A DNA stretch of 64,000 nt from Bacteroidales bacterium (GCA_049654745.1 JBASIK010000183.1:1001-65000); one strand, 5' to 3'. Shown: positions 1 through 10,679, numbered from the stretch's first letter. The notes: generated by a model not told the origin, from the sequence alone. Program-made: numbers and translations.

Positions 1-80
1 ATAGTCATATATACCATTTTAGTTACTGATTTCATTGAAAATAAATGACATATACAAGATTTTTATTAGATGATTTTACA

Positions 81-88
81 TATTTTTG
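81..88 (+). promoter_or_regulatory. candidate Bacteroidota -7 promoter box (TAnnTTTG) for the maltose operon
   Basis: Exact TATTTTTG lies 43 nt upstream of the ATG at 131. Confidence 0.35.
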
Positions 89-130
89 AGCAGAACCCTG
101 CCTGATGATTTAAACGAATATTAACTAAAC

Positions 131-1633
131 ATGGTAAAAAGAAAACCACCTCTGAGCTTCTGGCAAATCTGGAATATGAGTTTTGGATTTCTGGGTATCC
201 AGTTCGGATTTGCACTTCAGAATGCAAATGTCAGCCGCATTTTCGAAACCCTGGGAGCAAAAATAGAAGAGATTCCTATCCTCTGGATTGCTGCTCCTGT
301 TACTGGCCTGATAGTACAGCCTATTATAGGACACATGAGTGATAATACATGGAACAGGCTGGGGCGTAGACGGCCATATTTTCTCACAGGTGCAATACTT
401 GCCTCCCTTGCACTTCTGATAATGCCAAACTCACCTGTTCTCTGGGTGGCAGCTGGGATGTTATGGGTGATGGATGCCTCAATAAATATCTCAATGGAAC
501 CTTTTAGAGCTTTTGTTGGCGATATGCTTCCTCCAGAACAAAGAACGAAAGGCTTCGCCACACAAAGTTTTTTTATAGGAACAGGTGCCGTCGTAGCCTC
601 ACTTTTACCCTATATCCTTACAAACTGGCTTAACGTACGAAATACTGCACAATCAGGTGAGATACCTCCATCTGTAAAACTTGCATTCTATATCGGTGCG
701 GCTGTCTTTTTATCAGCAATACTCTGGACAGTAATAAAAACCAGGGAATACTCCCCTGAAGAACTCAAAGAGTTTTCACATGCAGAAAGTAAAACACCGG
801 AAGAAAAGCGGGAAGAAAATACTGCGCTTAATAAAGAAATATATATCAGGCACGGTATTTACTGGACTTCTGGAGGCATACTGCTGAGCATTATGATAAT
901 GAAGCTGAATCTGGAAGCTGAGCTTTATATACTTACTGTTGGCGCTGCTGTTTTTGGCCTGATACAACTGATTTCCGCACTATTTGTATCAAGTGGCAAA
1001 ACAAAAAACGGGTTGGTTATTGTCATAACCGACCTGTTCAAAATGCCCCGGACAATGAAACAGCTGGCAGTGGTACAATTTTTCTCTTGGTTTGCACTAT
1101 TCTCCATGTGGATTTACACAACTTCAGCTGTTACCCACCATATATATGGTACAAGCGATACTTCAAGCGAACTCTATAACAGAGGAGCCAACTGGGTAGG
1201 TGTAATGTTTGCCGTTTACAACGGCTTTGCTGCATTAATGGCTTTTCTTCTACCCGTCGTTGCACGGTACACAAACAGAAAATTTACCCATATGATAAGC
1301 CTTATTGCGGGAGGAGTGGGACTTATTTCGATCATCCTTTTCAAAAAACCCGAATTACTTATTATTTCAATGCTTGGAGTAGGGCTCGCATGGGCAAGCA
1401 TACTCGCAATGCCCTATGCAATACTTACCGGTTCACTACCTCCTGAGAAAATGGGAACATATATGGGAATTTTCAATTTCTTCATAGTAATTCCTCAGAT
1501 AATGGCAGCATCAATTCTTGGTTTTCTTGTAAAACACCTATTTGGCGGTGAAAGCATATTTGCAATTGTTACCGGCGGCGTATCAATGTTTCTGGCAGCA
1601 GTTTCTGTGCTGTTTGTTGACGATAAGGACTAA
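131..1633 (+). CDS. MFS/GPH-type sugar:cation symporter, likely maltose/maltodextrin transporter
   Basis: 500-aa ORF that is hydrophobic throughout (about 12 TM helices). The motif GHMSDNTWNRLGRRRPYF is typical of SLC45/GPH-like sugar symporters. It is the first gene of the pgmB-GH65 cluster. Confidence 0.8.
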   Translation: MVKRKPPLSFWQIWNMSFGFLGIQFGFALQNANVSRIFETLGAKIEEIPILWIAAPVTGLIVQPIIGHMSDNTWNRLGRRRPYFLTGAILASLALLIMPNSPVLWVAAGMLWVMDASINISMEPFRAFVGDMLPPEQRTKGFATQSFFIGTGAVVASLLPYILTNWLNVRNTAQSGEIPPSVKLAFYIGAAVFLSAILWTVIKTREYSPEELKEFSHAESKTPEEKREENTALNKEIYIRHGIYWTSGGILLSIMIMKLNLEAELYILTVGAAVFGLIQLISALFVSSGKTKNGLVIVITDLFKMPRTMKQLAVVQFFSWFALFSMWIYTTSAVTHHIYGTSDTSSELYNRGANWVGVMFAVYNGFAALMAFLLPVVARYTNRKFTHMISLIAGGVGLISIILFKKPELLIISMLGVGLAWASILAMPYAILTGSLPPEKMGTYMGIFNFFIVIPQIMAASILGFLVKHLFGGESIFAIVTGGVSMFLAAVSVLFVDDKD

Positions 1634-1638
1634 ATTGA

Positions 1639-2310
1639 ATGCAGACTATGTGGTTCGATGCCTGTATATTCGACCTCGATGGAGTAATTGTCGACACGGC
1701 TAAATACCATTTTCTTGCATGGAAAAGACTCGCCGATATGCTGGGTATTCCTTTCAGTGAAAAAGAAAATGAAAAACTTAAGGGAGTTAGCCGTCTTGCA
1801 TCCCTTGAAATAATTCTTGAACTTTCAGGTAAACAATACACCGATTCAGAGAAAGCAAAGTTTGCAGAAATGAAAAACACGTGGTATGTTGAACTTGTTT
1901 CACGGATGACACCTGCTGAAATTCTGCCCGGAGCTATCGAACTGTTGGCAGATCTAAGGAGCCATGGAATTAAAACCGCCATAGGCTCGGCCAGTAAAAA
2001 TACACTTTTAATACTTGAAAAGGTTAGAATAAAAGACCTGTTCGATACAGTAACTGACGGTAATATGGTTAAAAGCGCCAAACCCGACCCTGAAATTTTT
2101 CTTGTAACTGCCTCAATGCTGAATGTTAAACCTGCAAAATGCATAGTTTTCGAAGATTCGGTAGCAGGAATAAAGGCAGCCCACAAAGCCGGAATGTATG
2201 GTATAGGAGTTGGCAATAAGGAAATACTTATTGAAGCTGACTATGTTATAAATTACCTATCTGAAATGAGCTTTTTAAAATTAACCGCCTTAAAAACTAT
2301 AAATCAATGA
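1639..2310 (+). CDS. pgmB: beta-phosphoglucomutase (HAD superfamily)
   Basis: HAD motif I reads FDLDGVIVDT, and the C-terminal motif reads FEDSVAGIKAAHKAGM. The length is 223 aa. There is a 5-nt gap to the transporter and an ATGA overlap with the GH65 gene. Confidence 0.85.
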   Translation: MQTMWFDACIFDLDGVIVDTAKYHFLAWKRLADMLGIPFSEKENEKLKGVSRLASLEIILELSGKQYTDSEKAKFAEMKNTWYVELVSRMTPAEILPGAIELLADLRSHGIKTAIGSASKNTLLILEKVRIKDLFDTVTDGNMVKSAKPDPEIFLVTASMLNVKPAKCIVFEDSVAGIKAAHKAGMYGIGVGNKEILIEADYVINYLSEMSFLKLTALKTINQ

Positions 2311-4625
2311 TAAAAACCAATCTTTTCAAAATCCATGAATGGACAATTGAAGAGGAAGGATTTCACCCTGAAATAAACAGGGAGGCTGAAAGTATTTTCT
2401 CAATAGGCAATGGATACATGGGCCACAGGGCAAATTTCGAGGAAAAATACTCTGGTGATTCGCTTCAGGGAAGCTATGTTGCAGGAATATATTATCCCGA
2501 CAGAACCAAAGTGGGATGGTGGAAAGTAGGATATCCTGAATATTATGCCAAGATTCCAAACTCACCAAAATATATAGGAATTGATGTAAATGTGAATGGA
2601 GCCGAAATAGATCTGGCAAAACTTAAGCCATTAAAATTTAACCGTGTTCTTAATATGAAAGAAGGTTTTCTGGAAAGAAATTTCACTGTAAGACCTTTCA
2701 GCAGGAAAGACATTAGGATTCAGAGCCTTAGATTTCTAAGTATGGCAGACCCTGACCTGTGCATAATTAAATATAAAATCAATCCCGTGAATCTAAGCGG
2801 CACTCTCTCACTGAATATTTATCTCGATGCTGATGTTAAAAATGAAAACACCAACTACGGTGAGAAATTCTGGGAAGATATTGACAACCATGCTGAACCC
2901 TGTTTGGGAATGCTTACTGCCAGAACCCTTAGAACTGATTTTTACATGACAGTCGGTATGACATATGAAATTACATTAAACGGAAATAAATTAAATCTTG
3001 TTCCAGAAATTATAAACCGAAAAGGATATGTTGCAAATATTATTCATCTGGATTTTCAACCCGGCGACAAAATAGTCATTGTCAAATATGTATCGGTGCA
3101 ATCTTCAATGTACCACCCGGTAAAAGATCATTTCAAAATTACCACCTCGCGTCTCAACTATGCTAAAAATAAAGGATTTGAAAATCTTTTCTCCGCTCAT
3201 AAAAAAAAGTGGGAAAATATCTGGAGTATCTCCGATGTAAAAATTGATGGTGATCCTGCAGCACAACAAGGAATAAGGTTCAGTATCTTCCATCTTAACC
3301 AGACATATACAGGGAAAGATGAACGGCTGAATATAGGACCCAAGGGCTTTACCGGGGAAAAATACGGAGGAAGCACTTACTGGGATACAGAGGCTTTTGT
3401 TCTTCCTTTCTTTCTTAAAACTGCTCCAGCATATCTATCAAAGAACCTTCTTCTTTACCGATACAGGCATCTGAAGAAAAGCATAGAAAACGCTAGAAAA
3501 CTTGGATTCAGAGGAGGAGCTGCTCTATACCCAATGGTTACAATGAATGGGGAAGAGTGTCATAACGAATGGGAAATAACCTTTGAGGAAATCCATAGAA
3601 ATGGTGCAATAGCCTATGCCATCTTCAATTATATAAGACATACCGGAGACAAAGACTATATGAAAGATTATGGCCTTGAAGTGCTTATCGGTATCTCAAG
3701 ATTCTGGAGCCAGAGAGTATCTTTTTCAAAAAACCTGAGGAAATATGTTATACTGGGAGTTACAGGCCCAAATGAATATGAAAACAATGTAAATAATAAT
3801 TGGTACACCAATTCCATTGCTGTTTGGACCCTTTCCTATACTATTCATAATATTGAAGAACTTAAAAAAAGCAATCCGGCAGCCCTTGAGAAAATCTTCC
3901 TGAAAACAAAATTCAGATATAAATCTGAAACCCGAAAATGGAAAAAGATTATCGATGGTATGCATTTCCCATACGATCCAAAAAGAAAAATTTTTTTACA
4001 GCAAGATGGATTCCTCGACAAGGAACTCAAACCAGCTTCAGCAATTCCTGTTTCAAACAGACCTATTAACCAGCACTGGTCATGGGACAGAATTCTGAGG
4101 TCGTGCTATATCAAACAGGCGGATGTTTTACAGGGTTTATATTTCTTTGAAGACCAATATGATACAGAGACCATTAAACGAAACTTTGAATTTTATGAAC
4201 CAATGACGGTTCATGAATCCTCACTTTCGGCCGGAGTCCATTCTATCCTTGCAGCCCGAATAGGAAATATAGATAAAGCATATGAGCTTTTCATAAGAAG
4301 CACACGGCTCGATCTCGACGATTATAACAAAGAAGTGGCTGAAGGCCTGCATATTACAAGCATGGCTGGGAACTGGCTTGCTATCGCTGAAGGCTTTGGA
4401 AGAATGAGGATTGCAGGGGACAGGATAAAATTTAACCCGCTGATTCCAGATAAATGGAAATCATACTCATTTCACGCCAGGTTTAAAGAAATACTCTTCG
4501 AGATTAAAGTAACAAAATCTTTTTGCATTGTCAGAAACCTTTCTGAGAGAATTCTTCCAATAACAGTTAAAGAAAAAAACTTCGATATTTCTCCAAAAGA
4601 TTCAATTAAAATCAAAACAGGATAA
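2307..4625 (+). CDS. GH65 maltose (or kojibiose/trehalose-type) phosphorylase
   Basis: 772 aa. The conserved GH65 stretch GVTGPNEYENNVNNNWYTN is present. Classic pairing with pgmB. Confidence 0.85.
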   Translation: MIKTNLFKIHEWTIEEEGFHPEINREAESIFSIGNGYMGHRANFEEKYSGDSLQGSYVAGIYYPDRTKVGWWKVGYPEYYAKIPNSPKYIGIDVNVNGAEIDLAKLKPLKFNRVLNMKEGFLERNFTVRPFSRKDIRIQSLRFLSMADPDLCIIKYKINPVNLSGTLSLNIYLDADVKNENTNYGEKFWEDIDNHAEPCLGMLTARTLRTDFYMTVGMTYEITLNGNKLNLVPEIINRKGYVANIIHLDFQPGDKIVIVKYVSVQSSMYHPVKDHFKITTSRLNYAKNKGFENLFSAHKKKWENIWSISDVKIDGDPAAQQGIRFSIFHLNQTYTGKDERLNIGPKGFTGEKYGGSTYWDTEAFVLPFFLKTAPAYLSKNLLLYRYRHLKKSIENARKLGFRGGAALYPMVTMNGEECHNEWEITFEEIHRNGAIAYAIFNYIRHTGDKDYMKDYGLEVLIGISRFWSQRVSFSKNLRKYVILGVTGPNEYENNVNNNWYTNSIAVWTLSYTIHNIEELKKSNPAALEKIFLKTKFRYKSETRKWKKIIDGMHFPYDPKRKIFLQQDGFLDKELKPASAIPVSNRPINQHWSWDRILRSCYIKQADVLQGLYFFEDQYDTETIKRNFEFYEPMTVHESSLSAGVHSILAARIGNIDKAYELFIRSTRLDLDDYNKEVAEGLHITSMAGNWLAIAEGFGRMRIAGDRIKFNPLIPDKWKSYSFHARFKEILFEIKVTKSFCIVRNLSERILPITVKEKNFDISPKDSIKIKTG

Positions 4626-4672
4626 TTATTTTTATTTCATCTAAATGAGTTTAATAGTTTAATAAAAAAATA

Positions 4673-6052
4673 ATGGAAAAAGTTATTCTCTATGTCCTTT
4701 CAATTTTCTTTGTAGCCGCTCTTGCCGCAGGAGGTTGCTTGCATAAAAGAAACCGTAATAATTACCAGCCTTTTGTTTCAGAAGTTGTTCATCCCGAATG
4801 GTCAAAAGATGCTGTTCTTTACGAAGTAAATATAAGGCAATTTACACCTGAAGGGACCTTCAATGCATTTACCCAGCACCTGCCAAGACTTAAGGAACTG
4901 GGAGTTGATATCCTGTGGCTTATGCCAATCCACCCGATAGGAATAAAAAACCGAAAGGATGAGCTTGGAAGCTATTATTCAGTAAGGGATTATATGAAAG
5001 TAAATCCAGAATTTGGCACTCTGGAAGATTTCAAAATCTTACTTGACAAAGCTCACGAAGCAGGGTTTCATGTAATAATGGACTGGGTTCCAAACCATTC
5101 ATCATGGGATAATCCTTTAACAACTGAACATCCAGAGTTTTACGTTAAAGACAAGGATGGTAATTTTATTCCACCTCTGGGAACAGACTGGACTGATGTC
5201 ATACAATTCGATTGGACTAATAAAGGCCTTCATGATTATATGCTGAATGCGCTTAAATTCTGGGTTGAACTTGGGGTTGACGGTTTCAGGGTTGACCATC
5301 CGCATAAAACACCTCCTGAATTCTGGGAAATTGCCAGGACAGAACTATGGAAAATTAAACCTGTTCTTCTGCTGGCAGAAAATGAAGGCCAGAATGAATT
5401 TATGAAAAAAGGCTTTGACATGAACTATTCCTGGGAATTACATCATTTGATGAACCAGATTGCCCGCAAAAAAGACAGCGTAAACTCACTTGAAAAATAT
5501 TACGAAAAAGAGCTTTCTGTTTATCCGCAGAATACTTACCGGATGGTATTTTTAGATAACCATGATGAAAACTCATGGAACGGAACCATAACATCACGAA
5601 TGGGTGAAGCCCAGTATCCTTTTGCTGTCTTTATGTTTGCCACAAGGGGAGTACCATTGCTGTACAACGGACAGGAAGCTTGTCTAAACAAAAGTCTTCG
5701 CTTTTTTACAAAGGATACTATTAGATGGGATACATGTACAATGACAGCTTTTTATAAAAAACTTATACGCCTTAAAAAAGAAAATCAGGCCCTCTGGAAT
5801 GGAGAGGAAGGAGGCAAGATGGAAATTATTAAAACCAATCAGCCCGGCAAGGTATTTGCCTTTAGCAGAGAAAAAGATGGTAACCTTTTGATAGTTTTTC
5901 TGAATCTTAGAGATAAAGAGGTGGCCGTAAAACCGGTTCTTAAAAACATCCGGGGTACTTTTACCGATTATTTCAACCATTCAGTAATCGAAATGCCTAA
6001 CGACAAACCGCTTATAATTGAGCCATGGGGATTCAGAATTTTTATAAAATAA
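4673..6052 (+). CDS. GH13 alpha-amylase family lipoprotein
   Basis: Lipobox LAAGGC is present. GH13 regions: DWVPNH, GFRVDHPH, LLAENEG, FLDNHDE. Confidence 0.8.
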   Translation: MEKVILYVLSIFFVAALAAGGCLHKRNRNNYQPFVSEVVHPEWSKDAVLYEVNIRQFTPEGTFNAFTQHLPRLKELGVDILWLMPIHPIGIKNRKDELGSYYSVRDYMKVNPEFGTLEDFKILLDKAHEAGFHVIMDWVPNHSSWDNPLTTEHPEFYVKDKDGNFIPPLGTDWTDVIQFDWTNKGLHDYMLNALKFWVELGVDGFRVDHPHKTPPEFWEIARTELWKIKPVLLLAENEGQNEFMKKGFDMNYSWELHHLMNQIARKKDSVNSLEKYYEKELSVYPQNTYRMVFLDNHDENSWNGTITSRMGEAQYPFAVFMFATRGVPLLYNGQEACLNKSLRFFTKDTIRWDTCTMTAFYKKLIRLKKENQALWNGEEGGKMEIIKTNQPGKVFAFSREKDGNLLIVFLNLRDKEVAVKPVLKNIRGTFTDYFNHSVIEMPNDKPLIIEPWGFRIFIK

Positions 6053-7902
6053 TCGCCATTTTACTCCTGGCTTGCGGATGCAGCCATAAAACAACTTACA
6101 CTGTACCGGAATGGTCAAAAAAAGCTGTCTGGTATCAGATTTTTGTTGAGCGTTTCAGAAACGGAGATCCATCCAACGATCCTTCTGTAAAGGACATTAC
6201 CGGTGCATATCCAGATAATTATCCTGAGGATTGGAGCATCACTCCATGGGGCCACGACTGGTATGCACATGAGTCCTGGCTCGACAAAATCAAGGGTGGT
6301 AATTTTCATGCAAAAATCCAGGCCCGCCGTTACGGGGGAGATCTCCAGGGTGTGCTTGATAAGATAGATTATCTCGATTCCCTGGGGATTACTGCCATCT
6401 ATTTTAATCCTCTAAATGACTCACCTTCCCTACATAAATACGATGCCCGAACTTATACCCATATCGACCGCAATTTCGGTCCCGATCCTGAAGGGGACGC
6501 TCAATTGATGGAATCAGAAACCCCTGATGACCCTGCAACATGGAAATGGACCTCAGCAGATAGACTATTCCTTAAAGTTGTTGAGGAATTCCACAAAAGA
6601 GGCATCAAAGTTATAATTGATTACTCGTGGAACCACACCGGAAAGGAATTCTGGGCACTTAAAGATATCAGGGGAAAAGGTCCAGTTTCAAAATATGCCG
6701 ACTGGTACAATATAATAAGTTATGATAACCCTGCAACTCCTGAAAATGAATTCAGATATGAAGGATGGGGCGGAAGAAACATTTACATGCCAGTTTTCAG
6801 AAAAGATATAATTCCCCCAAATGATACCATCATGCCTTTTGAAGGGAATCTCCATTCTTCTTCCCTCCGTAAACATATATTTGATGTCACCCGCAGGTGG
6901 CTTGACCCTGATGGCAATGGTGATCCCTCAGACGGCGTTGACGGATTCCGTCTTGATGTTGCAGCAGAAATACCCATGGGCTTCTGGCGTGAATACCGAA
7001 AAGTGGTCAGGGAAATTAATCCTGAGGCATATCTGGTAGGTGAGATATGGTGGCTCAAATGGCCCGACCAGCTCCTTGACCCAGCCCCATTTATGGGCGA
7101 ACAATTCGATGCAATAATGAATTATAGATGGTTCAGGGTAGCAAGAGGATTCTTCGCACAGGCAGAACCTGTCTTGACTCCATCCGAATTTGTAGAATGG
7201 ATAAAAAAACTTAATGTCGGAATTCCGGCCGAAAACCAGATGGCAATGATGAATGTTGCCGGCACACACGATTCTCCACGACTTTCAACTTCTTTCTATA
7301 ACAAATCCCTGGACAAATACCATGCAAAACCTTCTGAAAACCCTGATTACAAAATCAATAAACCTGACAGTATAACACTGCTTGAACAAAAAATGTTCCT
7401 TGTTCACCAGTTCACTTTTACAGGAGCACCACATATATGGTATGGTGAGGAAGTTGGAATGTGGGGTGCCGACGACCCCGATTGCCGCAAACCAATGGTG
7501 TGGAACGATATTGTTTATGAGGTGGAAAGGACTCACTTCTACCCCGATAGAATACGACCTGCCGATACTGTAAAGCCCGACTATAAACTATACGAATTTT
7601 ACAAAGAGCTGATTAAACTCAGAAAAGAAAATCCCGTTCTTGTTTATGGAGACCTCGATTTTCTTATTGCTGATGACAATAAAATGATACTGGCCTATTC
7701 ACGTGAAGAAGGTTCTGAAGAAATCATCACCATCTTCAACAGATCCGGGAGTGAACAAACAGTTATGTTACCGGCACGGAAAAAGGCTCTTTATATTGAA
7801 CTTTTCCCTGACAATAAAAAAGATTACAAAACGGTTAATAAAAATCTGATTATCAACATAAAACCACTTTCAGCAATAGTACTTAAAAGGGCCGGTACTT
7901 AA
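6025..7902 (+). CDS. GH13 neopullulanase/cyclomaltodextrinase-like lipoprotein (SusA-like)
   Basis: Lipobox LLACGC is present. GH13 motifs: YQIFVERFRNGD, GGDLQGV, DYSWNHTG, DGFRLDVAAEI, LVGEIWW, GTHDSPR. It overlaps the previous GH13 gene by 28 nt. Confidence 0.8.
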   Translation: MGIQNFYKIIAILLLACGCSHKTTYTVPEWSKKAVWYQIFVERFRNGDPSNDPSVKDITGAYPDNYPEDWSITPWGHDWYAHESWLDKIKGGNFHAKIQARRYGGDLQGVLDKIDYLDSLGITAIYFNPLNDSPSLHKYDARTYTHIDRNFGPDPEGDAQLMESETPDDPATWKWTSADRLFLKVVEEFHKRGIKVIIDYSWNHTGKEFWALKDIRGKGPVSKYADWYNIISYDNPATPENEFRYEGWGGRNIYMPVFRKDIIPPNDTIMPFEGNLHSSSLRKHIFDVTRRWLDPDGNGDPSDGVDGFRLDVAAEIPMGFWREYRKVVREINPEAYLVGEIWWLKWPDQLLDPAPFMGEQFDAIMNYRWFRVARGFFAQAEPVLTPSEFVEWIKKLNVGIPAENQMAMMNVAGTHDSPRLSTSFYNKSLDKYHAKPSENPDYKINKPDSITLLEQKMFLVHQFTFTGAPHIWYGEEVGMWGADDPDCRKPMVWNDIVYEVERTHFYPDRIRPADTVKPDYKLYEFYKELIKLRKENPVLVYGDLDFLIADDNKMILAYSREEGSEEIITIFNRSGSEQTVMLPARKKALYIELFPDNKKDYKTVNKNLIINIKPLSAIVLKRAGT

Positions 7903-10679
7903 TTCAGTTTTACGATTTTTATCACATTATAATATTTTCCGTTTCGAACATGAACAAAATATATACCGGCCGGAAGGTCGTTCCTCCTGCTGTCTTTACC
8001 ATCCCATTCAACAGTGAATTCATTTAAAGCCGGCATTTTCTTTTGCCATATTGTGTTTCCGGTTGAATTGTAAATTGTCAGAGTCAATAAACCCGGTAGT
8101 TTGGTATTGACAGTAAAATAAAACTTATCTTTTGATGGATTAGGATAGGCATTTACAGATATCAAATCATTATCAAGTATTTCCTGTACACCCAGATACT
8201 CTTTAGGAGATGGGAGTCTTACAGTTGTATAAATTCTGTACTCTCCAGGACGTAAAGTAAGAGGGTCACTGAATGAATTTACTGTCAGTGAATCATCACT
8301 AAAATATTCATACCATTTTCCGGTTTGCGGGAAAAGAGGTATAAAAGTTGCTGTTGAAATATCAAAATTACCAACAACATATACTTTAATGTTCTGTGAA
8401 CCAAGAATTATGCTTTTCTGTTTGCCTGAAAGGGAATATGTAAAAAAAGTATTACTGAAAGCATCACAGGTCTGCCTCAGATTGTTCATTACACTGTAAA
8501 CTCTGTAAAGTCTTCGCCTTTCCGGTATCGAAAAGTAATTCCATAGCAGAGGTTTTTCACCTGTTCTTCCGTAATAATCTATTGAGATGTCATATCCTAA
8601 CTCCCCGAATTGCCATATCATCTTGGGTCCGGGAATTGACAGTAAAAACACAGCTGCCAGTTCCATCCTCCGTAAAGCTGTCTGGAGATTTTTGACATTA
8701 TAATCGGGGGCAGAAGCTCCATAAGCAAGAGCTTTGTACATAATTCTTTCCTCATCATGGCTTTCCATATAAGAAACCAGATTTGGAACTTTCCATCCTC
8801 TGGCTATATGGGTTGCTCCTGAAAGATCTGAATCGTAGCCCATAACTGCTTCTGCAAATTGATAATTTAAATTACCCCATATAAGCATCCCATATTCGGC
8901 GAGTTCTTTTTCCTCAGCATTTTCAGTAAAATGTTCAAGAATCACATATGCCGAAGGATTGACCTCCCAGATTTTACCTGCAATTCTTTTCAGAATTGCA
9001 ATCCTCGAAGCGTCATATGTCCACCCTTCGCCAGGTGTGTTTGTGAACCCTTTGGTAAAGTCAAATCTGAAACCGTCTATTTTATACTCTGTAAGCCAGT
9101 ATGAAGTAATACGGTCAACAAGTTTCTGAGTAGCCGGAGCCTCATGGTTAAAATCTGCTCCCCACTTATATACCGGATTTGGTGAGACTGAATTGAACCA
9201 GGGGTTGGGAGTCTTCATCACTATTTCCTGAGCGCCGTAATGATCCAGGTATAGTTGAACAAAAGGAGACTGTCCAAAACAATGATTAAGAACAAGATCC
9301 ATTATAACGGCAATACCTTTGCTGTGGCAGCTGTCAACAAAAGCTTTGAAATATTCTTTAGGTCCATAGTATTTGTCGGGTGCAAAATAAAATGCTACAT
9401 TGTAACCCCAGCTCAGGTTACCTTCAAACTCGGTAACCGGCATAAGTTCGACAGCATTTATACCAAGATTTTTAAGATAATTTAATGTATCAGTAATAGT
9501 CTTAAAATCATGTGAAGCGACAAAATCCCTTAAAAGCAGTTCATAAATGACAAGCTTTTCTGGTGGGGGAGCATTGAAGAATTCATTTTTCCATTTATAT
9601 GGATTTTGTGCTGTCTGGAGCACTGAAACCATACCATTGGTAATTCCTTTGGGATATTTTATCAGTCCTGGATAGGTCGATTCTGTTATGAAATCATCAT
9701 TAAAAGGGTCAAGTATTTTATCAGCATAAGGATCGGCAATATAAAGTCCCCCATCCACAAAATACTGAAACCTGTACTCCTTCTTTGGTTCAAGGCCATC
9801 AATCCTTACCCAGTAACGCTCATTGTCTGGTGTTCTCTTCATATAACCCTTACTGCATGCCAGCCAATCTGTAAAGTCACCTGTTGCAAATACATAGTTT
9901 TTATATGGAGCATGAAGAACCAGAATAACAGAAGTATCATTGATATAATTTATACCATCAATGGCACCGGGTGGAAGTTCTTCAACTTCAACCGATTTTC
10001 TAACATGACAGAAGAAAGAGTCTGCCGCATATCGCGGCAAGTCCCATGCAACTGCTTTAACCCAATATTCACCGTAAGACTCCGCAATAATGGTATCAGT
10101 AACGAGATCCTTGGTTCTGCCACTTTTCCAGTACTGATTATTAATGTATAACGAAACTGAATCGGCATCCGTAGCAGAAGCACTTACTCCAAGCAGACTG
10201 TTTTTTTCAACAACAACTGAAAACCTTTCAGGAAGTGTGAATACTACATTCAAACCGCTTTCAAAAACATCTATGAAAATATCGGGTCTTGTTTGACGAG
10301 TTCCATCTGAGTTTCTGAAAACAAGAGCAATTTTCTTGACTTTTTCTCCCGGCAGTACATTATAAAATGCTTCAATACTAGGAGAGATTATAAACTCATA
10401 CTTGTAATTGCCAAGATAATTTAGTTTAGGCTGAACCGCATTATTTCCCCAGGTACCTATAACTTTCTGCCAGTTTGGACTACCTTCCAGAATAAGCCCT
10501 GTATGTACATAAATGTCACCGGTATAATTATGAAGTTCACCAGCGTCCTGATTTGTATCATAGTATATTTTAATTACCCTGCCCGGTGTCGGAACAGCTG
10601 GATCTGTTGAAACCATTTGCCCCGAAACACTTAAGAGAAACAAAAGAAAAAGAACCGCTGATGCCAGGAATTTATTCAT
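7899..10679 (-). CDS. multidomain GH13 alpha-glucan hydrolase with an E-set/CBM48-like module and a T9SS C-terminal sorting domain
   Basis: Signal peptide is present. GH13 regions: DLVLNHC, DGFRFDFTKG, VILEHF, YMESHDEE. The last ~85 aa (YPNPSKDKFYF...GIYFVHV...IKIVKLN) match the type-A Por/T9SS CTD pattern. Confidence 0.8.
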   Translation of the reverse strand: MNKFLASAVLFLLFLLSVSGQMVSTDPAVPTPGRVIKIYYDTNQDAGELHNYTGDIYVHTGLILEGSPNWQKVIGTWGNNAVQPKLNYLGNYKYEFIISPSIEAFYNVLPGEKVKKIALVFRNSDGTRQTRPDIFIDVFESGLNVVFTLPERFSVVVEKNSLLGVSASATDADSVSLYINNQYWKSGRTKDLVTDTIIAESYGEYWVKAVAWDLPRYAADSFFCHVRKSVEVEELPPGAIDGINYINDTSVILVLHAPYKNYVFATGDFTDWLACSKGYMKRTPDNERYWVRIDGLEPKKEYRFQYFVDGGLYIADPYADKILDPFNDDFITESTYPGLIKYPKGITNGMVSVLQTAQNPYKWKNEFFNAPPPEKLVIYELLLRDFVASHDFKTITDTLNYLKNLGINAVELMPVTEFEGNLSWGYNVAFYFAPDKYYGPKEYFKAFVDSCHSKGIAVIMDLVLNHCFGQSPFVQLYLDHYGAQEIVMKTPNPWFNSVSPNPVYKWGADFNHEAPATQKLVDRITSYWLTEYKIDGFRFDFTKGFTNTPGEGWTYDASRIAILKRIAGKIWEVNPSAYVILEHFTENAEEKELAEYGMLIWGNLNYQFAEAVMGYDSDLSGATHIARGWKVPNLVSYMESHDEERIMYKALAYGASAPDYNVKNLQTALRRMELAAVFLLSIPGPKMIWQFGELGYDISIDYYGRTGEKPLLWNYFSIPERRRLYRVYSVMNNLRQTCDAFSNTFFTYSLSGKQKSIILGSQNIKVYVVGNFDISTATFIPLFPQTGKWYEYFSDDSLTVNSFSDPLTLRPGEYRIYTTVRLPSPKEYLGVQEILDNDLISVNAYPNPSKDKFYFTVNTKLPGLLTLTIYNSTGNTIWQKKMPALNEFTVEWDGKDSRRNDLPAGIYFVHVRNGKYYNVIKIVKLN

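Noticed and set aside
1-130. Looked for a second LacI operator upstream of the maltose transporter gene.
   Set aside because: Only a half-site-like TTTAAACGAATA is present, and it is not palindromic. The promoter region may also extend beyond the window.
6025-6052. 28-nt overlap of the two GH13 genes as a possible frameshifted single gene.
   Set aside because: The second ORF has its own ATG and a complete lipoprotein signal peptide (LLACGC). Each protein has a full set of GH13 catalytic regions.
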